This document shows, in pieces, positions 62,918 to 64,000 of a DNA stretch of 64,000 nt. Under the pieces are notes generated by a model that made no database searches, was not told where the DNA came from, and saw only the letters and a list, made by a program, of their open reading frames with translations. This DNA comes from Spizellomyces punctatus DAOM BR117 (taxonomy: Eukaryota). Numbering within the stretch: the stretch's first letter is position 1; each line of letters begins with the position of its first letter. Made by a program: the position numbers and the translations under genes. The DNA lies in assembly GCA_000182565.2 (NCBI GenBank), contig KQ257454.1. The stretch is one strand, 5' to 3'.

Positions 62918-64000
62918 CTATTGGATGTTTCTCCGAGTCCATCCACAGTCGCTATCAGGATCTCTTATCAACTTAAAATACACGTTCAGCAGGTCATAGC
63001 AGATTCATTCTGACAAAACTGGTTCTCACCTCAGAGGTAGGCCAATAATGCAGACCGAGCTTTATGCTCAATACGCATGGCACTAGATCAAAACTGATTG
63101 TCTTAATCCGTACGTATTCATTATCGGGCAAGCCCTTTACAGCATCAACGAAATCATCCAATGTGGTTACTTTCCGGCCGTTGACCGCGGTGATCCACTG
63201 TGTTGGAACAATTCCGTACATATACGATGGTGACCCTTTGGCACGGCCTGAGACGTAGATTCTCGAGGGAAGCTTTTTGGACTGTTGGAGAGCTGCGCGG
63301 TGCGGTTCTGTAATTGGAATCCCAATCGTTACCAACCGTTACGAGCGCGTGGACATCAAATCCTCCAATGACCTACCATGCAGGACAGCACCCGCCCAGA
63401 AAACTATCCGTTTTGTTCCTTCATTGTCAAACTCAGTCGTCGGTACCTTAACAGTAATTTCCTTCTTGGCTCTCAAGATCGTCACTTCCACATCACTACC
63501 CCATTCCTCATGAAGTTCCAACTCTTGAACTCGTGTGATGGTTTTTCCATTGACAGCTAAGATCAAATCCAGATCCTGTAGAACCTTAGCGGTCTCCGAC
63601 CCATTTTCTGTTCTTCGGATCAAAAACAATTGGCGCCGCTCCTTGTTTGCTGCCTCTACCTTTCGTACCCAGTCTTCGGATAGACCCTAAGGAAGGCATT
63701 CTGAGCAAGTGTCACGTCAATGTAAAAAAAAAAACACCAATCAAAGTACCATATGCCGAGCTTGAGACATCTGCACAGGCGTCACCTCAACAGCCAAACC
63801 CCTCAATTTTGGGGTCGCGTCTAGTCTCAATCGGCTTAGAATTGGTAGTAGGGTATCGATTCCGATGCCAAGGTGGTACTCTGTATCATGACCCGAATTC
63901 GTTCGCTCTCCCAGATAGCTCAACCACAAGCCTTGCGCTCGACCGTCCGCATCCACCAGTACCCCCGCAGAACACTGCTGAGCGAGAGGGGTGTCTAATG
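62918..64000 (-). CDS. NMA111: Nma111/Ynm3 HtrA-like serine protease, 3' part (gene runs off the window)
   Basis: Spliced GVLVDADGRAQGLWLSYLGE...GLSEDWVRKVE...WAGAVLH|EPHRAALQQ...GSPSYMYGIVPTQWITAVNG...HYWPTSE|LIRDP...GW, i.e. a second protease-like domain plus PDZ domains. Confidence 0.9.

Overview
Gene-dense, intron-rich nuclear DNA from a flagellated fungus, most likely a chytrid. This is inferred from a class IV chitin synthase, an OPT transporter and Nma111 occurring together with the flagellar gene RSPH14, and from short GT-AG introns. I can support about 19 protein-coding genes: CDC48, an F-box/LRR protein, a Clr3/Hda1-type class II HDAC, an atypical kinase, an orphan 7TM protein, OPT, a PB1 protein, MGST3-like MAPEG, an Sfp1-like zinc finger, chitin synthase, two divergent Ran1-like kinases, a TMEM106/LEA_2-like protein, RSPH14, a stand-alone LigD 3'-phosphoesterase, a CreA/Mig1-like zinc finger, a MEF2-type MADS box, an IQ-BAG protein and the 3' part of Nma111. 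There are also two identical tRNA-Ser(GCT) genes. The most interesting signals are: (1) an intronless, bacterial-type LigD phosphoesterase with a SUMO-site/SIM-like tail whose 3' end is triplicated; (2) a ~360-nt intergenic segment of back-to-back hairpins (7340-7702) that looks like an unclassified structured RNA; (3) a periodic alternation of A/C-rich and G/T-rich blocks running through both exons and introns; (4) a PB1 plus AIM/LIR protein preceded by a perfect 30-bp inverted repeat; (5) a 5-nt micro-exon in the HDAC catalytic domain. All exon boundaries and RNA stems were worked out by eye. No database search or folding program was run.
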